Assembly: GCA_963718665.1 (NCBI GenBank)
Contig: OY970359.1
Coordinates: 480,001 to 544,000 of the forward strand
Reading direction: 5' to 3'
Origin: an uncultured Phycisphaerales bacterium
GTDB lineage: Bacteria > Planctomycetota > Phycisphaerae > Sedimentisphaerales > Anaerobacaceae
Length of the DNA: 64,000 nucleotides
Below are positions 49,286 through 58,321 of this stretch, piece by piece. The notes beneath the pieces are model-generated. The model made no database searches and was not told the DNA's origin. It worked only from the letters and a program-made list of their open reading frames with translations. Within the stretch, counting starts at the first letter, position 1; every line of letters starts with the position of its first letter. A program made the translations under genes and the position numbers.

Positions 49286-51079
49286 TTAGCTGCGCGCCTG
49301 GTCAAGAATCAGGGTCTTGACCTTCTGGCTTGGTAAATTCAGTGCGCCATAAGCTGCTGCTGCTGCTGCACGCAAACCGGGGTCAACATCCTTTGAGCTT
49401 ACCAATCCATAAATAGCGTTTATCGTGGCGTCATCGAGCTTACTGCCGTTAACTTTGGCCGATACAGCCAGCGAACCGAACGCCGTAACACGAATATCCT
49501 GGGAATTGCTCTCGGCCATCGCCATCGCGGCTATGGCCTGCTGGGCTTCTGGCGTATTCAGATATGCAAGTATCTGCCCGGCGAGCATCTGGATTTCCAT
49601 CCTCTTGTCTTTCGTCGCAGCGATAAGTGCGTTCTGTGCCGCAGACAAATCAAGAACCGGGTTACGGGTTTGAGCAATTTTCAGCATTACTTTCGCTGCG
49701 CAAAGCGCGTAGATATCGGCAAGTGAGCTGTTCCACATCGGGATATTGTCCGAGGGCTGTTCTGAACTTTGTGCAAGTGCTTCCGCGAGGTTGGCGACGA
49801 CGAGTTTGCTTTCGGGGAAGGCCTGCTTGGGGCCGGCAGCGGCAATCGCTATCGCGGCGCTGAATTTAACCGCTTTTGAGTCAAATGAAAGGGCTTCGGC
49901 CAGCGGTTGCGATGTGCCTACCCGATAAAACAGCGAGCTTTCGCCCGCCGTAGTCGATAATGCCTCTACAACACCCAATGCGACCTGGGCATCTTTGTCT
50001 TTAATCGCGCGGGCAAGCGCCTGATGCAGATATTCCGGGCCGGCGGTTGTCGCGTATGTCATCGCGTTGGCATGCCCCACGCCGAAATAGCCGGGCATCA
50101 CAACATCGTATGACTCCGCTTTGAAAAACGCGGCAATCCACAATCCTATCGCCTGTCCGAAATTCTCGTCGGCCTTAAGCGCCCACTCGCAGGAGCGCAT
50201 CGCCATCAGCTCGCTGAAATACCGTTTGTCAACCCGCTCGTTGTCAAGCCGGGTGTTCTTGGCGTCCCAGAACCACATATTGGCGAAATTGGCGTCCGCC
50301 GCGGGTGCAAGCGATTCGGCATGATAGTAATAATCCTCACCAAGCTGATAGCAAAGCTGTGCCGCCGGGACTTTCAACGCCGCAGGGTCAATTTTCTTTA
50401 TACTTTCTTCAGCCAGCGACTTAAGCTCCGCGGAACTATCTTTCTCAGCAACATATTTGAGATACGGCAGCGACTGCGGATACCCAATTTTGCCCATTGC
50501 CTTGATGATTTCCGATTTGACGCCGACGTTATTGGTTTGAAGAGCGGCGGCAAGAGGCCTGATGGCTTCTTTGCTCATTTGTCCCAAAGCCGAAGAAATG
50601 TTCGGCCATTCGGCCCTGCGAGCATCATCGCCGAGAGCGTCGAGCATATACATTACCGCGTATTCGCCCGCGTTTTGCAGACGTTTGATTGCGTTAAGCT
50701 GACCACGGCTTGTGCTGCTTAGCCGGGCAATTTCTTCGAGGATGACCTTCGGTTCGGAACGACGTATGAACCTGCCCTGCTCAATTATATCCACAACCTT
50801 GCCGCAAAGACCGGCAAGCTCGGTATCCGTTGAACTATCTTTGGCCTTGACTATCAACGCGTAACCCTGGGGGTTGCCATCGGCCAGCGCAAACAAATCA
50901 AGCGGCGCTGCGTTGCTGTCTAAAATCGCCTGAGCATACCCCTTCGCGAGGTCGAACCGGCCAATATTCAGGTAGTGGAGCAGGTCGTTATAATTTCCTT
51001 CGAGCGTCTCGGCAAATACCGGAGCAGCAAAAATCAGTGCGATACCCACAACCATTACAAGATTATTTCTGTTAAGCAT
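49286..51079 (-). CDS. Secreted HEAT-repeat protein
   Basis: Signal peptide (VFA-E) and multiple alpha-helical HEAT-like repeats. Confidence 0.8.
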   Translation of the reverse strand: MLNRNNLVMVVGIALIFAAPVFAETLEGNYNDLLHYLNIGRFDLAKGYAQAILDSNAAPLDLFALADGNPQGYALIVKAKDSSTDTELAGLCGKVVDIIEQGRFIRRSEPKVILEEIARLSSTSRGQLNAIKRLQNAGEYAVMYMLDALGDDARRAEWPNISSALGQMSKEAIRPLAAALQTNNVGVKSEIIKAMGKIGYPQSLPYLKYVAEKDSSAELKSLAEESIKKIDPAALKVPAAQLCYQLGEDYYYHAESLAPAADANFANMWFWDAKNTRLDNERVDKRYFSELMAMRSCEWALKADENFGQAIGLWIAAFFKAESYDVVMPGYFGVGHANAMTYATTAGPEYLHQALARAIKDKDAQVALGVVEALSTTAGESSLFYRVGTSQPLAEALSFDSKAVKFSAAIAIAAAGPKQAFPESKLVVANLAEALAQSSEQPSDNIPMWNSSLADIYALCAAKVMLKIAQTRNPVLDLSAAQNALIAATKDKRMEIQMLAGQILAYLNTPEAQQAIAAMAMAESNSQDIRVTAFGSLAVSAKVNGSKLDDATINAIYGLVSSKDVDPGLRAAAAAAYGALNLPSQKVKTLILDQARS

Positions 51080-51401
51080 TGAAAGGTCTCCAAAAACACT
51101 TCGCCACTATCACCCTTAATATCACCGCTTCGCCGGCGTAACTCCCACCGCGACGGCGACTTACAGCCCCCGCCCCCCTGCGGGGAACGATATGGGCATA
51201 AGCATTTGTAGTAATCGTCTTTAGAAGAGTCATACTAAAGATAATTGGGCTGTTTGTCAACAAAAAACCCCCCAATGCCCCGCCGATGCCCATATTATCA
51301 GGCGTTGGGCGATTTTTGTCGGGGATGGTTTGATAATCCGTCCTCATAATTAGGGGCGGCTTTAATCATCCGGCGGTGGTTATTTTCTGGAATCAGCGTT
51401 T

Positions 51402-51491
51402 GAGATTGCTTTGTCGTCCCGATAAATCGGGACTCCTCGCAATGACAGAAATTGCGTTTCTTTGTCATTGCGAGCGAAGCGAAGCAATCTC
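51402..51491. repeat. Inverted pair of GTCATTGCGAG...AAGCAATCT palindromes with a 17-bp spacer
   Basis: 51402-51446 (with nested GTCCCGAT/ATCGGGAC hairpin) and 51464-51491. Confidence 0.85.
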
Positions 51492-51611
51492 AGATTTGGT
51501 AACAAACCATTCCACGGGAATCACAAAATGCCACACTGCCTTTTTGGAAACAGCACCATGCCCCGGTCGTCGCAAGGGCCGGCCGCGAAAAAAAAGTTTG
51601 AATAATTTTTA

Positions 51612-51639
51612 TTGTAAGCGAAACACGTAAAGATATAAT
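51612..51639 (+). promoter_or_regulatory. Sigma70-like promoter for the arginine decarboxylase-agmatinase operon
   Basis: TTGTAA-N16-TATAAT with an AT-rich upstream element. Confidence 0.6.
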
Positions 51640-51757
51640 CAGCAACTTACAGCCGGACGGCACACCGGAACGCGGGCGGATAAACTGCCGGAGAGCAAAA
51701 TATTATTGGCATTATTGTGGTTAATAAAACAATAGAATTAGAACACAGGAGAATGAA

Positions 51758-52309
51758 ATGAGAAATCTCGTTCCTACGAGAGTGTTTCTAACCAAGGGTG
51801 TTGGTCGCCACAAGTATCGGCTCAAATCGTTCGAGGACGCGTTAAGGGCGGCAGGTGTGGCTCAGCAGAACCTCGTGCAGGTCTCGTCTATTCTGCCCCC
51901 CCGCTGCAAAGTTGTAAGCAAAGAGGTCGGTCTCAAACGACTGACCCCGGGCGAAATCAGCTACTGCGTTATGGCAAGGTCGGATACCGACGAGCATGGA
52001 CGACTTATCGGCGCGTCCGTCGGGCTGGCTGTACCCAAGGACCGCAACAACTGGGGATACCTCAGCGAAGTCCACGGCTACGGAATGAACGAGCACGAGG
52101 CCGCCGATTTCTCCGAAGACCTTGCTGCCGGAATGCTTGGAACGACTCTCGGCCTCGAAGTTGACCCCAACAAGGCGTGGTCGGAAAAAGAGCAGGTTTA
52201 CAAATCAAGCGGCCTGTTAATCAGAACCACAAACATCACACAGACGGCCCGCGGTATGAGAGACCAGTGGACGACAACAGTGGCGATTGCGATGTTCCTA
52301 TTCGACTAA
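51758..52309 (+). CDS. Pyruvoyl-dependent arginine decarboxylase
   Basis: SFEDALRAAGV, NLVQVSSILP self-cleavage motif, GYLSE; upstream of agmatinase. Confidence 0.9.
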   Translation: MRNLVPTRVFLTKGVGRHKYRLKSFEDALRAAGVAQQNLVQVSSILPPRCKVVSKEVGLKRLTPGEISYCVMARSDTDEHGRLIGASVGLAVPKDRNNWGYLSEVHGYGMNEHEAADFSEDLAAGMLGTTLGLEVDPNKAWSEKEQVYKSSGLLIRTTNITQTARGMRDQWTTTVAIAMFLFD

Positions 52310-52366
52310 TTACATATCCACCGCGAAGACCGCAGCGAAAATATTATAGAATAATTGGCGGGACCA

Positions 52367-53221
52367 ATGGCAAAGGCAGTGTTTCTCAGCGACATCCCGA
52401 ATCAATACCGCGACCCGGCACGGGCCAAAGTCGTTATTATTCCTGTGCCATACGATGGGACGAGCACTTGGATAAAGGGAGCTAACAAAGGGCCAGCGGC
52501 CATAATCAAAGCTTCTGAAACCGTAGAGAACTACGACATCGAAAGCGACTCTGAGCCATATAAGGTTGGGATATTCACCGACAAACCCGTAACGGAAAAC
52601 AAATCGCCGGAAAAAATGGTCGCCGCCGTCGAAAAACGTGTGAGCGAACATCTGGCAAAGGGCAAATTCCCCGTCCTGCTCGGCGGTGAACATTCCGTAA
52701 GCATCGGCGCGATACAGGCACAGGTGAAAAAATACGGGAAATTAACCGTCCTGCAATTAGACGCGCACGGCGACCTCCGCGACAAATACCACGGCTCGAA
52801 ATACAATCACGCCTGCATTATGGCAAGGGCACAGGATATCTGTAAAACCGTCCAGGTGGGCATACGGAGTATGGACACATCCGAAAAGCCGCGAGCCAAA
52901 AAGAGCAATATGTTTTTCGCTGAGACAATCGCGGGCAAAACCGGCTGGAATAAAAAGGTCTTATCACTGCTCAAGGGCAACGTCTATGTAACGATTGATT
53001 TGGACGTTTTCGACCCGTCGATAATGCCCTCGACCGGCACACCTGAGCCGGGCGGACTTTTGTGGTATGAGGTTTTGGATTTGCTCCGGCCCGTATTCCG
53101 CAAGACCAACGTTACGGGATTCGATGTCGTTGAAATGTGCCCGAATAAAACCAACAAAGCCCCCGACTTCTTAGCCGCAAAATTGGTTTACAAACTGATA
53201 AGCTACAAGTTCGGAAAGTAA
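52367..53221 (+). CDS. speB: Agmatinase
   Basis: GGEHS, DAHGD, HAC, DLDVFDP...TGTPEPGG. Confidence 0.92.
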   Translation: MAKAVFLSDIPNQYRDPARAKVVIIPVPYDGTSTWIKGANKGPAAIIKASETVENYDIESDSEPYKVGIFTDKPVTENKSPEKMVAAVEKRVSEHLAKGKFPVLLGGEHSVSIGAIQAQVKKYGKLTVLQLDAHGDLRDKYHGSKYNHACIMARAQDICKTVQVGIRSMDTSEKPRAKKSNMFFAETIAGKTGWNKKVLSLLKGNVYVTIDLDVFDPSIMPSTGTPEPGGLLWYEVLDLLRPVFRKTNVTGFDVVEMCPNKTNKAPDFLAAKLVYKLISYKFGK

Positions 53222-53454
53222 CCCATCCCTTAATAAAATCAATGCCATTGCACGCTTAGCGAAGCAATCTTGTTTCCGAAAGTCGTGTTTTTATAATTCA
53301 ACTTGATCGCGGTTATACTGAAACAGATATTGAGTAATTAATTCTTTATTTTCGTTTCAGTCGGTCAATCTATTTTCGCAGCATCTCTTTATCTACAGGC
53401 CAGAAGATCTGGTGGCTATTTGGGCATAATATTAGAGTTCTATAGCACTAATGC

Positions 53455-54582
53455 CTATCTGGCAGATAGTGTGGCATTAATCAGCGCCTTTAGGTAATCT
53501 ATAGTCCGTTGCACCTCATCCATTCGTCTCTGTTGCTCGATTGTCTGCTTCTTCATATCCCTAACGTCAACTCCGAGGTCGAGGCCGTAATTCCTCTCAG
53601 CCAAACGGAGCATATTCTCGTAAATTAGTTTTTGTTCATTGAGTAGCTTAAGCTTTGTGCGTAGAGTATTAATGTCTTTTTCAACAATAGGGACCTCGTC
53701 CCGACGTAACCTGTGGCCACGGTACCACTCAGAGGGTGGGGGAACGTAATTATATGTTATTGGGGGAAGATTTTCGATTTGTGTCTCAATAAGTTCGTTG
53801 GCATCTTGCATTTTTTGAATTTTATCACGTAATCTCTCTACCTTAAGTGCGTCTTTGGCCTCATCTTCCGATGAGCTGGAATCTTTATCGATGTTTTCTT
53901 TCGTTTCTTTCTGTTTTACAACAAATTCTTTTGCGAGTTTTTGGGCCTCGGCAATCTGGTCAGGATTCATCCTGGCGGTAAGGTCTTGTTTGATTTTAGA
54001 GACATCTACGCCATTCATACCTGCAAGTAATGCCCATTTGTACGCCTCGACATAATCTTCAATAACACCTTTGCCGTCATAATAAATTAAGGCAATGTGA
54101 ACTTGCGCAGTTGCATTACCCTTGACGGCAGCTTTTAAGAACCACTTGGATGCTTCGTTATAATCTTGAGGTACGCAGTTCCCATCGGAGTACATCTCAC
54201 CAAGCCTGCATTGGGCTGCCAGGTGACCTTTTACAGCAATTTTCGTGAATCGCTCACGGGCCTCATTGCAATCCTGTGGAACGCCATTGCCTTTAGAGTA
54301 CATCTCTCCGACTTTGAATTGTGCCTCTGTATAACCCTGCTCAGCGGCCTTTACGAACCACTTAAATGCTTCGTTGCAATCTTGTTGAACACCGTTGCCT
54401 TTGGAGTACATTTCACCAAGCTTAAACTGAGCACTTGGGTATCCCTTGTTTGCACCGTCAATAATGGACCGCAAATAATTCGGGTCTTGAGGCATCGAAT
54501 TGGGCTGTTCTGGTGAAGCAGCATACGTTGATGTGATTGCCAATAAAACGCATACAATAACCACAGTGTGTTTATCGAACAT
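53455..54582 (-). CDS. SEL1-repeat exported protein with an unknown coiled-coil C-terminus
   Basis: Four AQFKLGEMY..G.GV.QD..EA..W-type repeats; more AT-rich than its neighbours. Confidence 0.85.
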   Translation of the reverse strand: MFDKHTVVIVCVLLAITSTYAASPEQPNSMPQDPNYLRSIIDGANKGYPSAQFKLGEMYSKGNGVQQDCNEAFKWFVKAAEQGYTEAQFKVGEMYSKGNGVPQDCNEARERFTKIAVKGHLAAQCRLGEMYSDGNCVPQDYNEASKWFLKAAVKGNATAQVHIALIYYDGKGVIEDYVEAYKWALLAGMNGVDVSKIKQDLTARMNPDQIAEAQKLAKEFVVKQKETKENIDKDSSSSEDEAKDALKVERLRDKIQKMQDANELIETQIENLPPITYNYVPPPSEWYRGHRLRRDEVPIVEKDINTLRTKLKLLNEQKLIYENMLRLAERNYGLDLGVDVRDMKKQTIEQQRRMDEVQRTIDYLKALINATLSAR

Positions 54583-54762
54583 CTTATTCTCCTGCCTTTC
54601 ACCCCCATTATAACCAAGAAAAACCCTCAGTAAATCTTTTTCTTATACAATATGCAGAAATATTTTTGTGGTTTATGCAAGTAGGAAAAATAAGCGTGAG
54701 CACATCGAAACGACTGACAATTTACCTCCCCCGCTCTTCGTTTCCCGCCCCCCGTCTTCCTT

Positions 54763-55977
54763 TTACCTTGTGCCCTTATGGGCTTGCAGCCATTTGGTGA
54801 CCCACTGTTTTGCCTGGTCAGGGGACTGCAATTTTCCTTCCAGTTGGGCGATGTACATTTCTTTTGCCAATTGGCCAAGCGATGGGCCGGGGACAGCGCC
54901 GAGGGCCATAAGGTCGTGGCCGTTTAATAACGGCTTAGGCCTTAATTCCACGCCTTTTAACTGCTTTATCCTTTTGCGTAATTTGATTAAAGGGCCGACG
55001 GTTTGATTGCTCGCCTTTTGAATGGCTTTTTGTAAGGAGAAGAGGTCTTCAAAATACGGCTCAGATAACAGCAATTTCAATTCGGCCAGCGACAAGTCCT
55101 TTAGTAAACTGCCGCGATTATCTAAAAGGAATCCGATTTGTTTTTCCTGGTTTCTGCTTAGCTTGAGCAGTTCGCATTTTTCAATCGCGAAATCGGTCTC
55201 GAAGCCGACGAATAACCCCGCCAGGCCCAGAGGAAAATCGATTCTTTTAGGCAGATTAGCAAGCATACGAACAGCAAATCCAGTGCCGGGGCAGCCGCAG
55301 CCGGAAAAAATGCGGTGAGCCAGACCCGTTTCAATCAGCAGTTCTAATCCTTCGGCCCGGTTGGGACTGACCAAAATGCCTTCGAGTTCGGCGGCGATTC
55401 GCTCGCCGCTGATTTTGGTAATGTTTTTTGCGCTGGCGCATATCGCGGCTTTGGTTTTTGGCTCGATTGCAAAGCCGAGTTGTGTCGAGAACCTCACCGC
55501 CCGAAGCATACGCAGGTAATCTTCGCCGAATCTTTCGGCTGGTTTACCCACGGTTCGGATTATGCGTTTCTTCAAATCCGCCTGTCCCTTGTAGTAATCA
55601 ATCACCTTGTTGGCGATGGGGTCGAAGAACATTGCATTGATTGTGAAGTCCCTGCGTGCGGCATCTTCTCGTGGGCTGGTAAAACACACCTTCGAGGGAT
55701 GCCTGCCGTCGGCGTAGCCGGATTCAGTCCTGAACGTGGCAACCTCGATTTGAATCTTATCAATCAGGACGACGACAACGCCGAATTTCGCGCCGACCTT
55801 GAGTGTCCTGCGAAAAAGTTTAGCAACATCATTGGGCCTGGCATCGGTAGCGACATCGTAATCCTTGGGCTTTCTTTTCAGAAGCATATCGCGGACGCAG
55901 CCGCCGGCCAGCATCGCCTCGAAGCCTGCGTCCCTTAACTGCCTGACAATCCGAATTGCCACCTGTTTATTGGTCAT
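54763..55977 (-). CDS. cca: CCA tRNA nucleotidyltransferase / poly(A) polymerase family
   Basis: GGCVRD, DYDVAT, RRDFTINA, EDYLRMLRAVRF. Start moved to MTNKQ. Confidence 0.85.
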   Translation of the reverse strand: MTNKQVAIRIVRQLRDAGFEAMLAGGCVRDMLLKRKPKDYDVATDARPNDVAKLFRRTLKVGAKFGVVVVLIDKIQIEVATFRTESGYADGRHPSKVCFTSPREDAARRDFTINAMFFDPIANKVIDYYKGQADLKKRIIRTVGKPAERFGEDYLRMLRAVRFSTQLGFAIEPKTKAAICASAKNITKISGERIAAELEGILVSPNRAEGLELLIETGLAHRIFSGCGCPGTGFAVRMLANLPKRIDFPLGLAGLFVGFETDFAIEKCELLKLSRNQEKQIGFLLDNRGSLLKDLSLAELKLLLSEPYFEDLFSLQKAIQKASNQTVGPLIKLRKRIKQLKGVELRPKPLLNGHDLMALGAVPGPSLGQLAKEMYIAQLEGKLQSPDQAKQWVTKWLQAHKGTR

Positions 55978-55995
55978 ACTAATCCTTGTAAAATC

Positions 55996-56074
55996 GAGAT
56001 TGCTTCGCTGCGCTCGCAATGACGAATACATGCGATTTATGTCATTGCGAGGAGCAAAGCGACGAAGCAATCTC
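55996..56074. repeat. Inverted pair of GTCATTGCGAG...GAAGCAATCTC palindromes with a 17-bp spacer
   Basis: 55996-56023 and 56041-56074; the second overlaps the 3' end of rsmD. Confidence 0.85.
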
Positions 56075-56641
56075 TTTTTTAAGTATCGTTACCGCCATAT
56101 TGCCCCACTGGCGAGTTTCGACGATTTTAAGCGGCCCGTATGATTGCGACAAGACCGTATTTCGATGAGTGCGAACAATCACAAAGCCGCCCGCCGAAAC
56201 ACGTTCACTCAAACGAGTCAGCAACATCGCCAATGGCGAACCCGCCTGCGTATTGGCCGAATCAACATAAGGCGGGTCAACAAACGCAAGGTCATATTGC
56301 GGATGCTCGGCATCCATCGGCCAGGCAACACTAAATGCGTCGCTTTTAACTATTTTTGACTGCCCGCCAAACCCCGCCTTTTCGATATTCTGCTTAAGAA
56401 CAGGGGTAATTTGCGGATTCTGCTCTACGAACGTTACGAATACCGCCCCCCTGCTGAGCGCCTCAAGGCCCAGCGACCCGACGCCCCCGAAAATATCCGC
56501 GACCGTTTTATCCGCGGGCAGGTCGTATTTTTGCAGAACATCATAAAGCGACTGCTTGACCCGGTCGGTAATGGGACGCGAATCCCTACCGGGCGGGCTG
56601 AAAAGATTCATTCCGCGTTTTAAGCCGGCGATGATTCTCAT
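56042..56641 (-). CDS. rsmD: 16S rRNA m2G966 methyltransferase
   Basis: MRIIAG, RPITDRVK, LGLEALSRGA, DPPY. Confidence 0.9.
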   Translation of the reverse strand: MRIIAGLKRGMNLFSPPGRDSRPITDRVKQSLYDVLQKYDLPADKTVADIFGGVGSLGLEALSRGAVFVTFVEQNPQITPVLKQNIEKAGFGGQSKIVKSDAFSVAWPMDAEHPQYDLAFVDPPYVDSANTQAGSPLAMLLTRLSERVSAGGFVIVRTHRNTVLSQSYGPLKIVETRQWGNMAVTILKKEIASSLCSSQ

Positions 56642-57048
56642 TTGTTCCAGTAATCGACGACGAGAACCTTATCGACGCATCCGCCGATTGATTTGCCGAA
56701 TTCTTTATGGGCAGGATGAATCAGATACGCATCCCGGTCGGCCGCACTCGAAAACGACACAACAAAACAATGCGTAAAACCTTCCGAACGGTTTTCGGGG
56801 CTGATGTTGGTCCCTGCCTCAAAACCCTTGACAACATCGATTTTGCCGGGCAGAGCCGCGAACGCCTGCTCAACTTCCTTTATTTTTTCCGGCGTCGTCC
56901 CTTCCTTGAATTTGAACAGCACAATGTGTTTCAGCATTTTAGGGCACTCCTTCTGACATTCGGTTTTGGCTGCAACGCTGCATTTTCCCGCGCAACACCC
57001 GCTGCATACAACCGCGATTATGACCAGACACAACATGCTTCTAAGCAT
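56638..57048 (-). CDS. Dabb-family (stress-responsive alpha/beta barrel) protein with signal/lipoprotein leader
   Basis: HIVLFKFK, SPE....GFTH, YL.HPAH, VVDY. Confidence 0.88.
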   Translation of the reverse strand: MLRSMLCLVIIAVVCSGCCAGKCSVAAKTECQKECPKMLKHIVLFKFKEGTTPEKIKEVEQAFAALPGKIDVVKGFEAGTNISPENRSEGFTHCFVVSFSSAADRDAYLIHPAHKEFGKSIGGCVDKVLVVDYWNK

Positions 57049-57204
57049 CTTCGATTACCTCCAATATTTATTTTCGTTTTAAAGCCGGCAATGCGGCAAA
57101 TTCTAACAGCACACAAGAGCAAATTCTACGCCAAAATCCTGCAAACATGCCGTGGTATCATAGCGTATTATAAATAACAAAGGGATTATTGAAAGGAGCA
57201 TATT

Positions 57205-57795
57205 ATGAACAGGATATTAGCAATAGCCGCAGCGGCGGTCGTAATCACGCCATTGCTTTTCGCGGCGGAACAAAAAATGACGAAGGCACCTGATTTTACG
57301 CTGACCAACTACGACGGTAAAACAGTCAAGCTCTCGGACTACGCAGGCAAAATCGTCGTGCTCGAATGGTTCAATTACGAATGTCCTTTCGCAAGATACA
57401 ACTATGAAAAGACAACCGCTGTTAACGACCTTGTCAACAAATTCAAAGACAAGGGCGTGGTATTACTCGCGATAAACAGCACAGGCCACCAGGAAACTGA
57501 GAAGAACAAGGAATTCGCGGAACAGTTCAAAGTGAGCCATCCGATTCTAAATGACAGCAAAGGCACAGTCGGCAGGGCATACGGGGCACAGACAACGCCG
57601 CATATCTTCATCGTCGATGCCAAAGGCAACATTGCCTACACCGGCGCATTCGACAAAGCCCCATTAGGCAAAATCCCCGAAGGCGCACAATATGTCAACT
57701 ACATCGACAAGGCCCTGACTGAGCTGACCACTGGCAAAGCAGTGAGCATCGCAGAGACAAAGCCATACGGCTGTTCGGTGAAATACGGGAAATGA
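57205..57795 (+). CDS. Redoxin/AhpC-TSA thioredoxin-fold protein
   Basis: APDFTL, VVLEWFNYECPF, YGAQTTPH, PYGCSVKY. Confidence 0.88.
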   Translation: MNRILAIAAAAVVITPLLFAAEQKMTKAPDFTLTNYDGKTVKLSDYAGKIVVLEWFNYECPFARYNYEKTTAVNDLVNKFKDKGVVLLAINSTGHQETEKNKEFAEQFKVSHPILNDSKGTVGRAYGAQTTPHIFIVDAKGNIAYTGAFDKAPLGKIPEGAQYVNYIDKALTELTTGKAVSIAETKPYGCSVKYGK

Positions 57796-57797
57796 AA

Positions 57798-58316
57798 TCA
57801 GGCGAATAGCTTGTTGACGGGGATGGCACAGAGACGAAATTTGTCGGCGGCAAGCGTTACCGTCTTCCACTTGGGACTTCGCTGTTTCATAAACTTTATG
57901 TAATCCGCAAGTCGCACGGCTAAAAACAAATATTTATCTTCGTTGAAGTCGAAAATCTCCCTGCCGTCGAAATCCACGTCGATATTTTGAAACCGGTACG
58001 CAAAGATAAATGCCGAGTCGTAATCGTCTCCGAGCGTTTTTTGCCACGCCGCCAAACCATCGACATCCTCCGTCGTTACCCAGCATTCCAGACGAGACAG
58101 GCCCGCCAGCGTTGTGCCTTTGAAGTGTCTGCCCTTCACTTCCGCGATTATCTTTTTGCCGGACGACGGGCACAGGAGAAAATCGAAACTCTTCAATTGG
58201 GACTTTTCATAAACCGGCTTATGCTGGTCCGCAGCGGGGACATATTCGATGTGGTTATCAATCAGCCAGTTCTCGAAGGCCTTCTCGTAATGGTTGGGTG
58301 CGTATTCCTTCATCAA
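57798..58316 (-). CDS. HYExAFE-family protein (PD-(D/E)xK-like)
   Basis: NHYEKAFE, KSFDF, AEVKGR. Confidence 0.8.
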   Translation of the reverse strand: MMKEYAPNHYEKAFENWLIDNHIEYVPAADQHKPVYEKSQLKSFDFLLCPSSGKKIIAEVKGRHFKGTTLAGLSRLECWVTTEDVDGLAAWQKTLGDDYDSAFIFAYRFQNIDVDFDGREIFDFNEDKYLFLAVRLADYIKFMKQRSPKWKTVTLAADKFRLCAIPVNKLFA

Positions 58317-58321
58317 TACTT

